A stretch of 32,000 nt of DNA from Acaryochloris marina MBIC11017 (GTDB lineage Bacteria > Cyanobacteriota > Cyanobacteriia > Thermosynechococcales > Thermosynechococcaceae): NCBI RefSeq assembly GCF_000018105.1, contig NC_009933.1, forward strand, positions 1 to 32,000, read 5' to 3'. The position numbers and the translations under genes were made by a program. Of the stretch, positions 16,714 to 23,300 are shown piece after piece. Position 1 is the stretch's first letter, and each line of letters starts with the position of its first letter. The notes below the pieces were generated by a model, which was not told the DNA's origin, searched no databases, and saw only the letters and a list, made by a program, of their open reading frames with translations.

Positions 16714-17382
16714 ATGATTTGGCGATCAAGATTGCTATTACTCACTTTTAGCAGTATTGTCTTAACTGGCAATATTCAGCTTCAATCAGTCAGAGCCGCC
16801 AACATTAAATATGACTTCACAGTAGATTTTCCACCATTACCTTTCCGACAGCCTTTGCAAGGCCAGAAAGGAGCTGGATTTCTTACCATAGATGATACTT
16901 CTCAGCCGATTTTCTCAGATACTAGGAGTGGTATTCCTCTTGATTTTTATGAAGTTGAGCAGCTAAATTTTAGTCTTCTAGGACAAACATTTACCAAGCA
17001 GGATGACATAGCAGCCAATAGACCATTACAACGCTTTCCACTTGTCGCGTTTCAAGGTGAACGACTTCAAGGTCTTGACTTTGCTGTAAACCGAAAAAGT
17101 CGAACAGGGCTTGGATTCATATTTCAAGTGGACACTTTAAGTTTGTCAGATGAATTTTTCTCACCCTCAGATGGAGATTTTACTGGTAATATCGGCGCTA
17201 TTGTAGGTCCTGGTTTTTCAAGGAGTATTGTTGCTGCTCAAGGTTCTGGACTATCACTTGGGCGCGTAAAATTTAGGCGAGTTCCTCTAGATGATGGTGC
17301 CGTAAGCATTGTTTTAAGTATCTTCCTAAGTTCCCTGATCGTTGTATATAGGCAACGTAAACAACAACAACCATTACCCTGA
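16714..17382 (+). CDS. Secreted protein with C-terminal TM anchor plus basic tail (PEP-CTERM-like sorting-signal shape)
   Basis: Signal peptide MIWRSRLLLLTFSSIVLTG. C-terminus VPLDDGAVSIVLSIFLSSLIVVYRQRKQQ. Purine-rich SD-like stretch upstream (GGGGGGAAATAAGG). Confidence 0.65.
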   Translation: MIWRSRLLLLTFSSIVLTGNIQLQSVRAANIKYDFTVDFPPLPFRQPLQGQKGAGFLTIDDTSQPIFSDTRSGIPLDFYEVEQLNFSLLGQTFTKQDDIAANRPLQRFPLVAFQGERLQGLDFAVNRKSRTGLGFIFQVDTLSLSDEFFSPSDGDFTGNIGAIVGPGFSRSIVAAQGSGLSLGRVKFRRVPLDDGAVSIVLSIFLSSLIVVYRQRKQQQPLP

Positions 17383-17507
17383 TACGCCATGCAACTTCCT
17401 CGTGCCAGGTCGAGGAAATGAGGGTGACGCAGCAAATGATTTCTCCCTGCTGGTTTAATCCCCCATAATGCCGGGTTTCATTGTCCTGGTCTTCTGCAAA
17501 GATGACC
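17377..17507 (-). pseudogene. GNAT acetyltransferase remnant (approx codons 28-72), truncated at 17507 by a transposon end
   Basis: Reads QVIFAEDQDNETRHYGGLNQQGEIICCVTLISSTWHEEVAWRIR versus the intact gene's EVIFAEDQDQETRHYGAIHQHGEIICCATLIPSTWHGEPAWRLR. DNA identity to 15416-15546 stops at 17507. Confidence 0.8.
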
Positions 17508-17635
17508 TGTCCATTATTTCTTTGTGTGCACAGCTTTAAGGAATTAGATGAACAATTTATGAATTTGCGTTGTTTCGATAATTAGCAGATAAAGAAAATA
17601 AAAATCTCCAGTTTTAAAGTTTTATATGCACAGCT
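17508..17635 (+). mobile_element. Tn7-like/CAST-like transposon end, copy 1 (terminus TGTCCATTATTTC)
   Basis: ~91% identical to 22079-22205. Begins exactly where GNAT homology stops. The 13-bp terminus has a perfect inverted copy at 22007-22019. Confidence 0.55.
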
Positions 17636-17673
17636 CCTTAATTTTTCATACCTAAATGAAAGGAACGTCAGCT

Positions 17674-17709
17674 CTTTCAACCCCTAGTACTTGTTGACAG
17701 CCATTGCAA
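17674..17709 (-). repeat. Solitary CRISPR-like repeat (type V-K-like 3' end)
   Basis: Minus strand reads TTGCAATGGCTGTCAACAAGTACTAGGGGTTGAAAG. It shares the GTTGCAATG... start and ...GGGTTGAAAG end with the repeats at 22252-22362. Confidence 0.45.
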
Positions 17710-17737
17710 AAATTACTGAAGTTAATCCAATCAATCC

Positions 17738-18037
17738 AAAAGAATCAGACTTTGACTTGGCCTTGAGGTTCTGGGGTTCCCCCTTGCTCGGGGGCAATTT
17801 AGTAGCTGCCACGACAGGTTTATCCTGTATTCTCAAACTAGACGCGGTGGCCTAGTTTAAGAACATTGCTCCCGGCATAAGGTGCGACCTTACCACCACA
17901 CTCAGACAAGTCCGAGTAGAAGCGGACAACTACTTGCATGTGAACACGAACATTTGTGAAACACATGGGCACTGGAAAGTAATGAAACTGGACCTTCATT
18001 TATCACAAATACTTTGATGCACCTGCGCGCGATAGTT
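17738..18037 (-). ncRNA. Cas12k-type tracrRNA homolog, apparently full length
   Basis: Minus strand holds colinear blocks resembling the ShCAST tracrRNA as I remember it: TAAATGAAGGTCCAGTTTCA, ACTTTCCAGTGCCC, GGTAAGGTCGCACC, and GTCGTGGCAGCTACTAAATTGCCCCCGAGCAAGGGGGAACCCC. AACCCC...CCTCAA is complementary to GGGTT/TTGAGG of the nearby repeats. Confidence 0.55.
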
Positions 18038-18126
18038 TTTATTCTACTCCTGTCGCTAAGACCTTCTCAGGCTATTCATTAAACGAAGTAAATCAAACTT
18101 TGAAAAAGACTTAACTCACCTGCCTA

Positions 18127-21100
18127 TCAACGATTTGATGCCTTTATTGCTTGTCGGCATACATCTAAATTATTTTGAACTGCGGCAGTATCGGGGTGTT
18201 CGTTGCCCAAGAGCTTCTGTGTCATCTCCAAGGCTTGTACATAGAGGGGTTCGGCTTCGCTGTACCGTCTTTGGTAGGCGTAGAGGTATGCCAAGTTATT
18301 AAGGCTTTGAGCGACATCGGGGTGTTTGTTGCCCAAGTGTTTCTGTCTCATCTCCAAGGCTTGTACATAGAGGGGTTCGGCTTCGCTGCACCGTCTTTGG
18401 CAGGCGTAGAGTCCTGCTAGGTTATTGAGGCTACTCGCGAGAAAAGGATGTTCGTTGCCCAAGAGCTTCTGGTTAATCTCTAGGGCTTGTTTGTAGAGGG
18501 GTTCCGCCTCCCTATAACGCCTTTGATTGGAATAGATTAATGCCAAGTTATTGAGGCTACTCGCGACATCAGGGTGTTCATCCCCAAATAGCTGCTGTCT
18601 CATCTCTAAGGCTTGTTTATGGAGGGGTTCCGCCTCCTCATAACGCCTTTGGTTTCTGTAAAGTTCTGCTAGGTTATTGAGGCTATTTGCTACATCGGAG
18701 TGCTCATGGCCCAGTAGCTTTAGTCTCATTTGTAGGGCTTGTTTATAGAGGGGTTCCGCCTCCTCATAACGCCCTTGGTCATCTAAAAGTCCAGCCAAAA
18801 CATTGAGACTTTGAGCGACATCGGGATGTTCATTCCCAAATAGCTTCTTTCTCATCTCTAAGGCTTGGATAAAGAGAGGTTCTGCCTCCGCATAACGTCC
18901 TTGGTTATCGTATAGTGTTGCCAGGTTATTGAGACTTTGAGCGACATCGGGGTGTTCATTCCCAAATAGCTTCTGTCTCATCTCTAAGGCTTGGATAAAG
19001 AGAGGTTCTGCCTCCTCATAACGCCCTTGGTTGTCGTAAAGGTTGGCCAGGCTATTGAGGCCTTGAGCGACATTGGGGTGTTCATTACACAATAATTTCT
19101 GGAATATTTTCAGTGCTTGAGTACAGAGGGGTTCTGCCTCCTTATACCGTCCTTGGTTGCAGTAGAGGTTTGCCAGGTTACTCAGGCTAGCAGCGACATC
19201 GGGATGTTCGTCACCCAATAGTTTATGGAATATTTCCAATGCTCGAGTATAGAGGGGTTCGGCATCCAAATACTGCTCTTGCAAGTAATAGAGAGCTGCT
19301 AAATTATTCAGACTCTTAGCGACATCGGGATGTTCATCACCCAATAGTCTTTGTTTCATTTCCAATGATTGGATAAAGAAGGTTTCAGCCTCTGCATAGC
19401 GTCTTTGATGGCCGTAGATTGTTGCCAGGTTACCAAGGCTTTTTGCGATATTGGGATGTTCATTGCCCAATAGCCTCTTGTACATATTTAGAGCTTGGGT
19501 ATTGAGAGATTCTGCCTCCTCATAACGTCCTTGGTTATCGTATAGTGTTGCCAGGTTATTGAGACTTTGAGCAATATCGGGATGTTCATTGCCCAATAGC
19601 CTCTTGTACATATTTAGAGCTTGGATATTGAGAGATTCTGCCTCCTCATAACGTCCTTGGTTATCGTATAGTGATGCCAGATTCGAGAGGCCAAGAGCGA
19701 AATCGGGGTGTTCGTTGCCCAAGAGCTTCTGATACATCTGCAACGCTTGCAAATAGAGAGGTTCTGCCTCCTTATAACGTCCCTGGTCTGTATAAAGGTT
19801 TGCCAGGTTATTGAGACTTTGAGCAATATCGGGATGTTCATTGCCTAATAGCCTCTTGTACATATTTAGAGCTTGGATATTGAGAGATTCTGCCTCCTCA
19901 TAACGTCCTTGATAGTAATAGAGGGCAGCCAGGTCATTAAGACTAGTAGCAGTATTTTTATGCTCACTACCAAATTTATGTTGACACTGTTTGAGACATC
20001 TTTGCCTCCAAGGCAATGCTAAATCATAATTACCTTGTCCTTCATAAAATCGACCGATACCGACATAAGGCCAAATCAATTCATCATCACTGAGATGGTC
20101 AATCCATTGTCTGATGAGTTCCTCGAGATGAGGAATGCTGCCTTGTATCTCAGCAATTACATCAATCGTTGATCTGCCATCAATCCTCTGAGCAATACCA
20201 ACCATTGCATTGCAATAAGCCGTTTTGAGGGATTCCCCCTTTTCAGTAAGCTCATCCAATTTGAGTCGAAAGAACTCCTGCACAATTTGATGAAGTTGAT
20301 AGGTGCCCTTTCCTATTCGCTTGAGAAGGTTCCGCTTCAATAACCCTTTATTTCTAGCCTTTACGATTTCCCTGACAGATGTCTCTGGCAAACAAGATTC
20401 AACATGCTTCCACGGGATAGGAGCTATAGAAAATATTCCTAACAAACAGGCTAATTCTTTCTCAAAATCCTTAAGTTTCTTCCAACTCAACTCCAATGCT
20501 GCAGCAACTCCAAGTTGGGCTGTCATGCCGTCTTCTCTCTCACATAAAGCTTCAGCATGTAGCCGCATTGATTCGAGTTCTTGGATTAAATCGTGGATGG
20601 TTAGATCTTGGTCGTTAGACAGGTATCGTCCTAATAGTTCCAGGCCTAATGGCAGATTACCCACCCAAGCACACAACGATTTAGCATCCTCTAGTTGAAT
20701 TTGAATTCGATCTTGTCCAACTAAGGATCCCAGTAGTTCTAACGCACTTTCATTATCGAGTTCCTCCAGGCAAAGAGAGCGGACAGACCGACCAAAATCA
20801 AGTCGGGTGGTGATCAGGGCTTTAAACCGTGGGTTCCATAGGGGAAGACAGGAGGCAACAAGCTCATACTCAACTACATCGTCAACAACGATTAAGACCT
20901 CCCCTTTGGGCCATCGTTGCCAAATGAAACTGACCTGGGCCTTTGCTTCGAGATCATCTGGGGGTTTCATTCCCAGATGGCTTTTAGAAAAATCAATGAT
21001 TTGAGTGGCGATTTCTTGATCTCGTGACCGTAGCCAACAAATCCCACCTGGGTAAATCTTCTGGCTTAAGGACCGTTGAGCATATTCCCAGGCCAGCTCA

Positions 21101-21288
21101 GTTTTCCCAATCCCTCCCATCCCTTCAAGAGCAGTGATGGCGATTCGCTGGTTACTTTGCAGTTGCTCATGCAGTTGGTTGATCTGGGAGTCTCGACCAA
21201 CGAAGGCAACAGCGCCACTTGGAGGGAGGTTATTTGGTGTATCAGTTGGGGGATGTAACTTTGTCCGGTCCCAGTCGGACGACTCTAG
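18127..21288 (-). CDS. NB-ARC (STAND) NTPase with ~15 KLC-type TPR repeats; frame open upstream to the in-frame TGA at 21289-21291
   Basis: ...NLPPSGAVAFVGRDSQINQLHEQLQSNQRIAITALEGMGGIGKTELA (P-loop). 42-aa TPR units GNEHPDVAQSLNNLA.LY..QGRYEEAEPL. The first ATG/GTG/TTG after the TGA (21120) falls inside the P-loop. Confidence 0.8.
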   Translation of the reverse strand, partial: LESSDWDRTKLHPPTDTPNNLPPSGAVAFVGRDSQINQLHEQLQSNQRIAITALEGMGGIGKTELAWEYAQRSLSQKIYPGGICWLRSRDQEIATQIIDFSKSHLGMKPPDDLEAKAQVSFIWQRWPKGEVLIVVDDVVEYELVASCLPLWNPRFKALITTRLDFGRSVRSLCLEELDNESALELLGSLVGQDRIQIQLEDAKSLCAWVGNLPLGLELLGRYLSNDQDLTIHDLIQELESMRLHAEALCEREDGMTAQLGVAAALELSWKKLKDFEKELACLLGIFSIAPIPWKHVESCLPETSVREIVKARNKGLLKRNLLKRIGKGTYQLHQIVQEFFRLKLDELTEKGESLKTAYCNAMVGIAQRIDGRSTIDVIAEIQGSIPHLEELIRQWIDHLSDDELIWPYVGIGRFYEGQGNYDLALPWRQRCLKQCQHKFGSEHKNTATSLNDLAALYYYQGRYEEAESLNIQALNMYKRLLGNEHPDIAQSLNNLANLYTDQGRYKEAEPLYLQALQMYQKLLGNEHPDFALGLSNLASLYDNQGRYEEAESLNIQALNMYKRLLGNEHPDIAQSLNNLATLYDNQGRYEEAESLNTQALNMYKRLLGNEHPNIAKSLGNLATIYGHQRRYAEAETFFIQSLEMKQRLLGDEHPDVAKSLNNLAALYYLQEQYLDAEPLYTRALEIFHKLLGDEHPDVAASLSNLANLYCNQGRYKEAEPLCTQALKIFQKLLCNEHPNVAQGLNSLANLYDNQGRYEEAEPLFIQALEMRQKLFGNEHPDVAQSLNNLATLYDNQGRYAEAEPLFIQALEMRKKLFGNEHPDVAQSLNVLAGLLDDQGRYEEAEPLYKQALQMRLKLLGHEHSDVANSLNNLAELYRNQRRYEEAEPLHKQALEMRQQLFGDEHPDVASSLNNLALIYSNQRRYREAEPLYKQALEINQKLLGNEHPFLASSLNNLAGLYACQRRCSEAEPLYVQALEMRQKHLGNKHPDVAQSLNNLAYLYAYQRRYSEAEPLYVQALEMTQKLLGNEHPDTAAVQNNLDVCRQAIKASNR

Positions 21289-21711
21289 TCAATTCTGAAT
21301 ATTGATAGTTTCTGCTTGGTTTACTACTCCACCAGAAATCTTATTTTGATAATTTGTCCCACCATAGTTATTTTGAACCTGGCTACTGTTGTCTTCTATG
21401 ACATGCAAATTGATTTCATGGGCTAACTGCTGAATCTCTTTAGCAAAGTCCTCAGACTCTAACATCTCCACATTCAAATATGAGATGACCGCATTCAAGG
21501 CTTCAGTATTGCCTGCATCTGCTTTTTGGAGAGCGGCTTCAGCTTTCTCTTTCCCTTTGAATTTTGACCATATTTTGGTCCGTAGTTGATCAATTAATGC
21601 ATAAGCTGATGTTGCAAACTTTTTCCCAGTTTCTGAACCAGCGGCTTCAATGGCTTTTTGAAAGGCCAATGAGACAATGGCTGCTGCTGTGAAAGTCAAT
21701 GGTTCAGTCAT
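21289..21711 (-). CDS. N-terminal helical domain plus Q/N/G-rich linker of the STAND protein, ended by an in-frame TGA
   Basis: MTEPLTFTAAAIVSLAFQKAIE...QVQNNYGGTNYQNKISGGVVNQAETINIQN*. Same reading frame as 18127..21288. ATG 21711 lies within the ORF that opens at TTG 21780. Confidence 0.7.
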   Translation of the reverse strand: MTEPLTFTAAAIVSLAFQKAIEAAGSETGKKFATSAYALIDQLRTKIWSKFKGKEKAEAALQKADAGNTEALNAVISYLNVEMLESEDFAKEIQQLAHEINLHVIEDNSSQVQNNYGGTNYQNKISGGVVNQAETINIQN

Positions 21712-21823
21712 AGCACTTAGAATAAAGGCATCCAATAGATTATCAGGTGATTTTCTAGGATTTACGCTCACCTTCAGCAAGTTTTGAGAATCAGTTGATC
21801 AATCGAGAATCGGCTGATGGGAA

Positions 21824-22019
21824 GAAATAGTGCAACTAATTCCTTAAAGAATTTATTTTTCTCTCAGAAATAGTGCATCCATCTCTTGAAAAATCATTCT
21901 TGAGTATCATTACCTATAAATCAGTAAATCACTTTCTGAATATAGTTTATAGCGTTTCAAAGTTGTGCAGCTATTTCTATAAATTGCTCATTCTTGTGCG
22001 TTTAGCGAAATAATGGACA
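21824..22019. mobile_element. Candidate opposite transposon end (terminus ...GAAATAATGGACA at 22019)
   Basis: GAAATAGTGCA-type sites at 21824 and 21867 (+) and 21965 (-). The terminal 13-mer at 22007-22019 is a perfect inverted copy of 17508-17520. CTAATTCCTTAAAG (21836-21849) is inverted relative to 17534-17547. Confidence 0.45.
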
Positions 22020-22078
22020 CTTTTCAAATTCATTAGTTGTTGTACAGTACATCGCTATTTGCACAGATGTACATATTT

Positions 22079-22205
22079 TGTCCATTATTTCTTTATTTGC
22101 ACAGCTTTAAGGAATTAGATGAACAATTAATGAATTTGCGCCGTTTCGTTAATTAGCAGATTAAGAAAATAAAAACCTCCAGTTTTAAAGTTTTAAACGC
22201 ACAAA
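22079..22205 (+). mobile_element. Tn7-like/CAST-like transposon end, copy 2
   Basis: TGTCCATTATTTC... with ~91% identity to 17508-17635. Confidence 0.55.
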
Positions 22206-22251
22206 AGCTCTTCAGAAAATTGAAGAAATCAAAAATTGGGAAGCTGACGTT

Positions 22252-22362
22252 CTTTTCAACCTTTACCAACCCTCAAATGTCATTGCAACCCAGGACCAGG
22301 AAACCCGGCATTATGGGGCATTACTTTCAACCCATACCAACCCTCAAATGTCATTACAACCC
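22252..22362 (-). CRISPR. Mini CRISPR array (repeat-spacer-repeat), type V-K-like repeats; spacer matches the GNAT gene
   Basis: Minus strand: GGGTTGTAATGACATTTGAGGGTTGGTATGGGTTGAAAG / TAATGCCCCATAATGCCGGGTTTCCTGGTCCT (32 nt, 22323-22292) / GGGTTGCAATGACATTTGAGGGTTGGTAAAGGTTGAAAAG. Confidence 0.55.
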
Positions 22363-22520
22363 ACCTTGAAATTAGCCTAGTCCTGGTAAGACTTTGAGCG
22401 ATTAAATTGCGGATCACAATCATATTGAGTGATCTTGGTAAAGAGGCATCCAAAAGCATTAGGGGCTATTTGCCCAAGTCCTTACTCATAGGGGGGGTTG
22501 AAGAATGCGCCAATCCATCT

Positions 22521-22635
22521 AAAGAAATTAGAATTTGATTTGGCCTTGAGGTTCTGGGGTTCCCCCTTGCTCGGGGGCAATTTAAGCGCTGCCACGACAG
22601 GTATTCCTGTATTCTCAAGCTAGTGCAAAAGCCTA
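22521..22635 (-). ncRNA. Cas12k-type tracrRNA homolog, 3' part only (5' part removed at the IS630 junction)
   Basis: ~85-90% identical to 17738-17856. Contains TTGCCCCCGAGCAAGGGGGAACCCCAGAACCTCAAGG on the minus strand. Confidence 0.5.
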
Positions 22636-22732
22636 GTCCTAGATTTTGAAGATAACCCATCAGTTATGCAAAATTGTACAGACATCAGATAGTTTCAGAG
22701 AAACCCTCTTGTTCAAGATCCTTTCTCTGCCA

Positions 22733-23230
22733 ATGCCAACTCCCAAAGCCACTCCTATTGAGCTATCACAGCAACAACACCATTGTTTGCTCCAAATCGT
22801 TCGACAAACCACCAATCCTTATCGCTTGGTGCGTCGAGCGAGCATCATCCTATCAGCCGCCTCAGGCAAAAGTAACACCCAGATTAGCCGTCAATGGCAA
22901 CTCGACCGCAACCAAGTTCGCTATTGGCGTCAGCGCTGGGTAGATAACCAAGAGCGTCTTGCCCTTTGTGAGCAAGTAGACGACAGCAAACCAGCATTGA
23001 ACCAGCAAGTGTTGGCGACCTTAACAGATGCCCCACGTCCAGGTGTCCCACCCACCTTTACCCCAGAGCAGGTGGTCCAAATTGTGGCCATTGCCTGTGA
23101 ATCTCCTCAGAACTCAGCCCGGCCTGTGAGTCAATGGACGCCTGAAGAGATTGCTGATGAAGCGATTAAACGCGGCATCGTCCCTCACCTGTCGGCCAGC
23201 AGTGTGAGACGTTTTTTGGGGAGAGGCTGA
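22733..23230 (+). CDS. IS630 transposase, N-terminal HTH part (orfA)
   Basis: MPTPKATPIELSQQQHHCLLQIVRQTTNPYRLVRRASIIL...; ATG 22733 within the ORF that opens at 22646. Confidence 0.8.
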   Translation: MPTPKATPIELSQQQHHCLLQIVRQTTNPYRLVRRASIILSAASGKSNTQISRQWQLDRNQVRYWRQRWVDNQERLALCEQVDDSKPALNQQVLATLTDAPRPGVPPTFTPEQVVQIVAIACESPQNSARPVSQWTPEEIADEAIKRGIVPHLSASSVRRFLGRG

Positions 23231-23300
23231 GCTGCAGCCTCATCGGAGTCGCTATTGGCTCAATGCTAACCCTGAGGACCCAGAAGCGTTCGAGGCGAAA

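Noticed and set aside
17857-17940. Possible continuation of the IS1182-like transposase (shared TCTACTCG, RTDST-like) next to tracrRNA copy 1
   Set aside because: Only an 8-9 nt match, and translations contain stops. The region aligns better as the 5' part of the tracrRNA homolog.
18127-20000. 126-bp periodic repeats as a CRISPR or satellite array
   Set aside because: They lie in frame inside a long ORF and encode 42-aa TPR units.
21289-21291. TGA as a selenocysteine codon
   Set aside because: The position lies in a low-complexity linker rather than an active site. I see no convincing stem-loop immediately downstream on the minus strand. This cannot be tested further without tools.
21289-21400. 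Q/N/G-rich C-terminus (QVQNNYGGTNYQNKISGGVVNQAETINIQN) as a bacterial amyloid signalling motif shared between a small effector and an adjacent NLR (BASS-type pair)
   Set aside because: No second copy of the motif is present at the start of the NB-ARC part. The two ORFs are in one frame separated by a single stop, so a fused protein with a linker is the simpler reading. Not excluded, but not supported.
22041-22073. TGTACAGT...ATGTACA (two TGTACA hexamers; TGTACAGT equals the ShCAST terminal octamer as I recall) as the true transposon terminus
   Set aside because: Homology between the two end copies and the GNAT breakpoint both begin at TGTCC (17508/22079), and that 13-mer has a perfect inverted partner. 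An 8-mer is expected about once by chance in this window. Kept only as a possible relic of an older end.
22466-22660. 64-aa ORF (-), and ORF 22674..22943 (+)
   Set aside because: The first overlaps the tracrRNA-like repeat that is conserved at DNA level with copy 1, including frame-breaking differences. The second is an alternative frame of the IS630 transposase.
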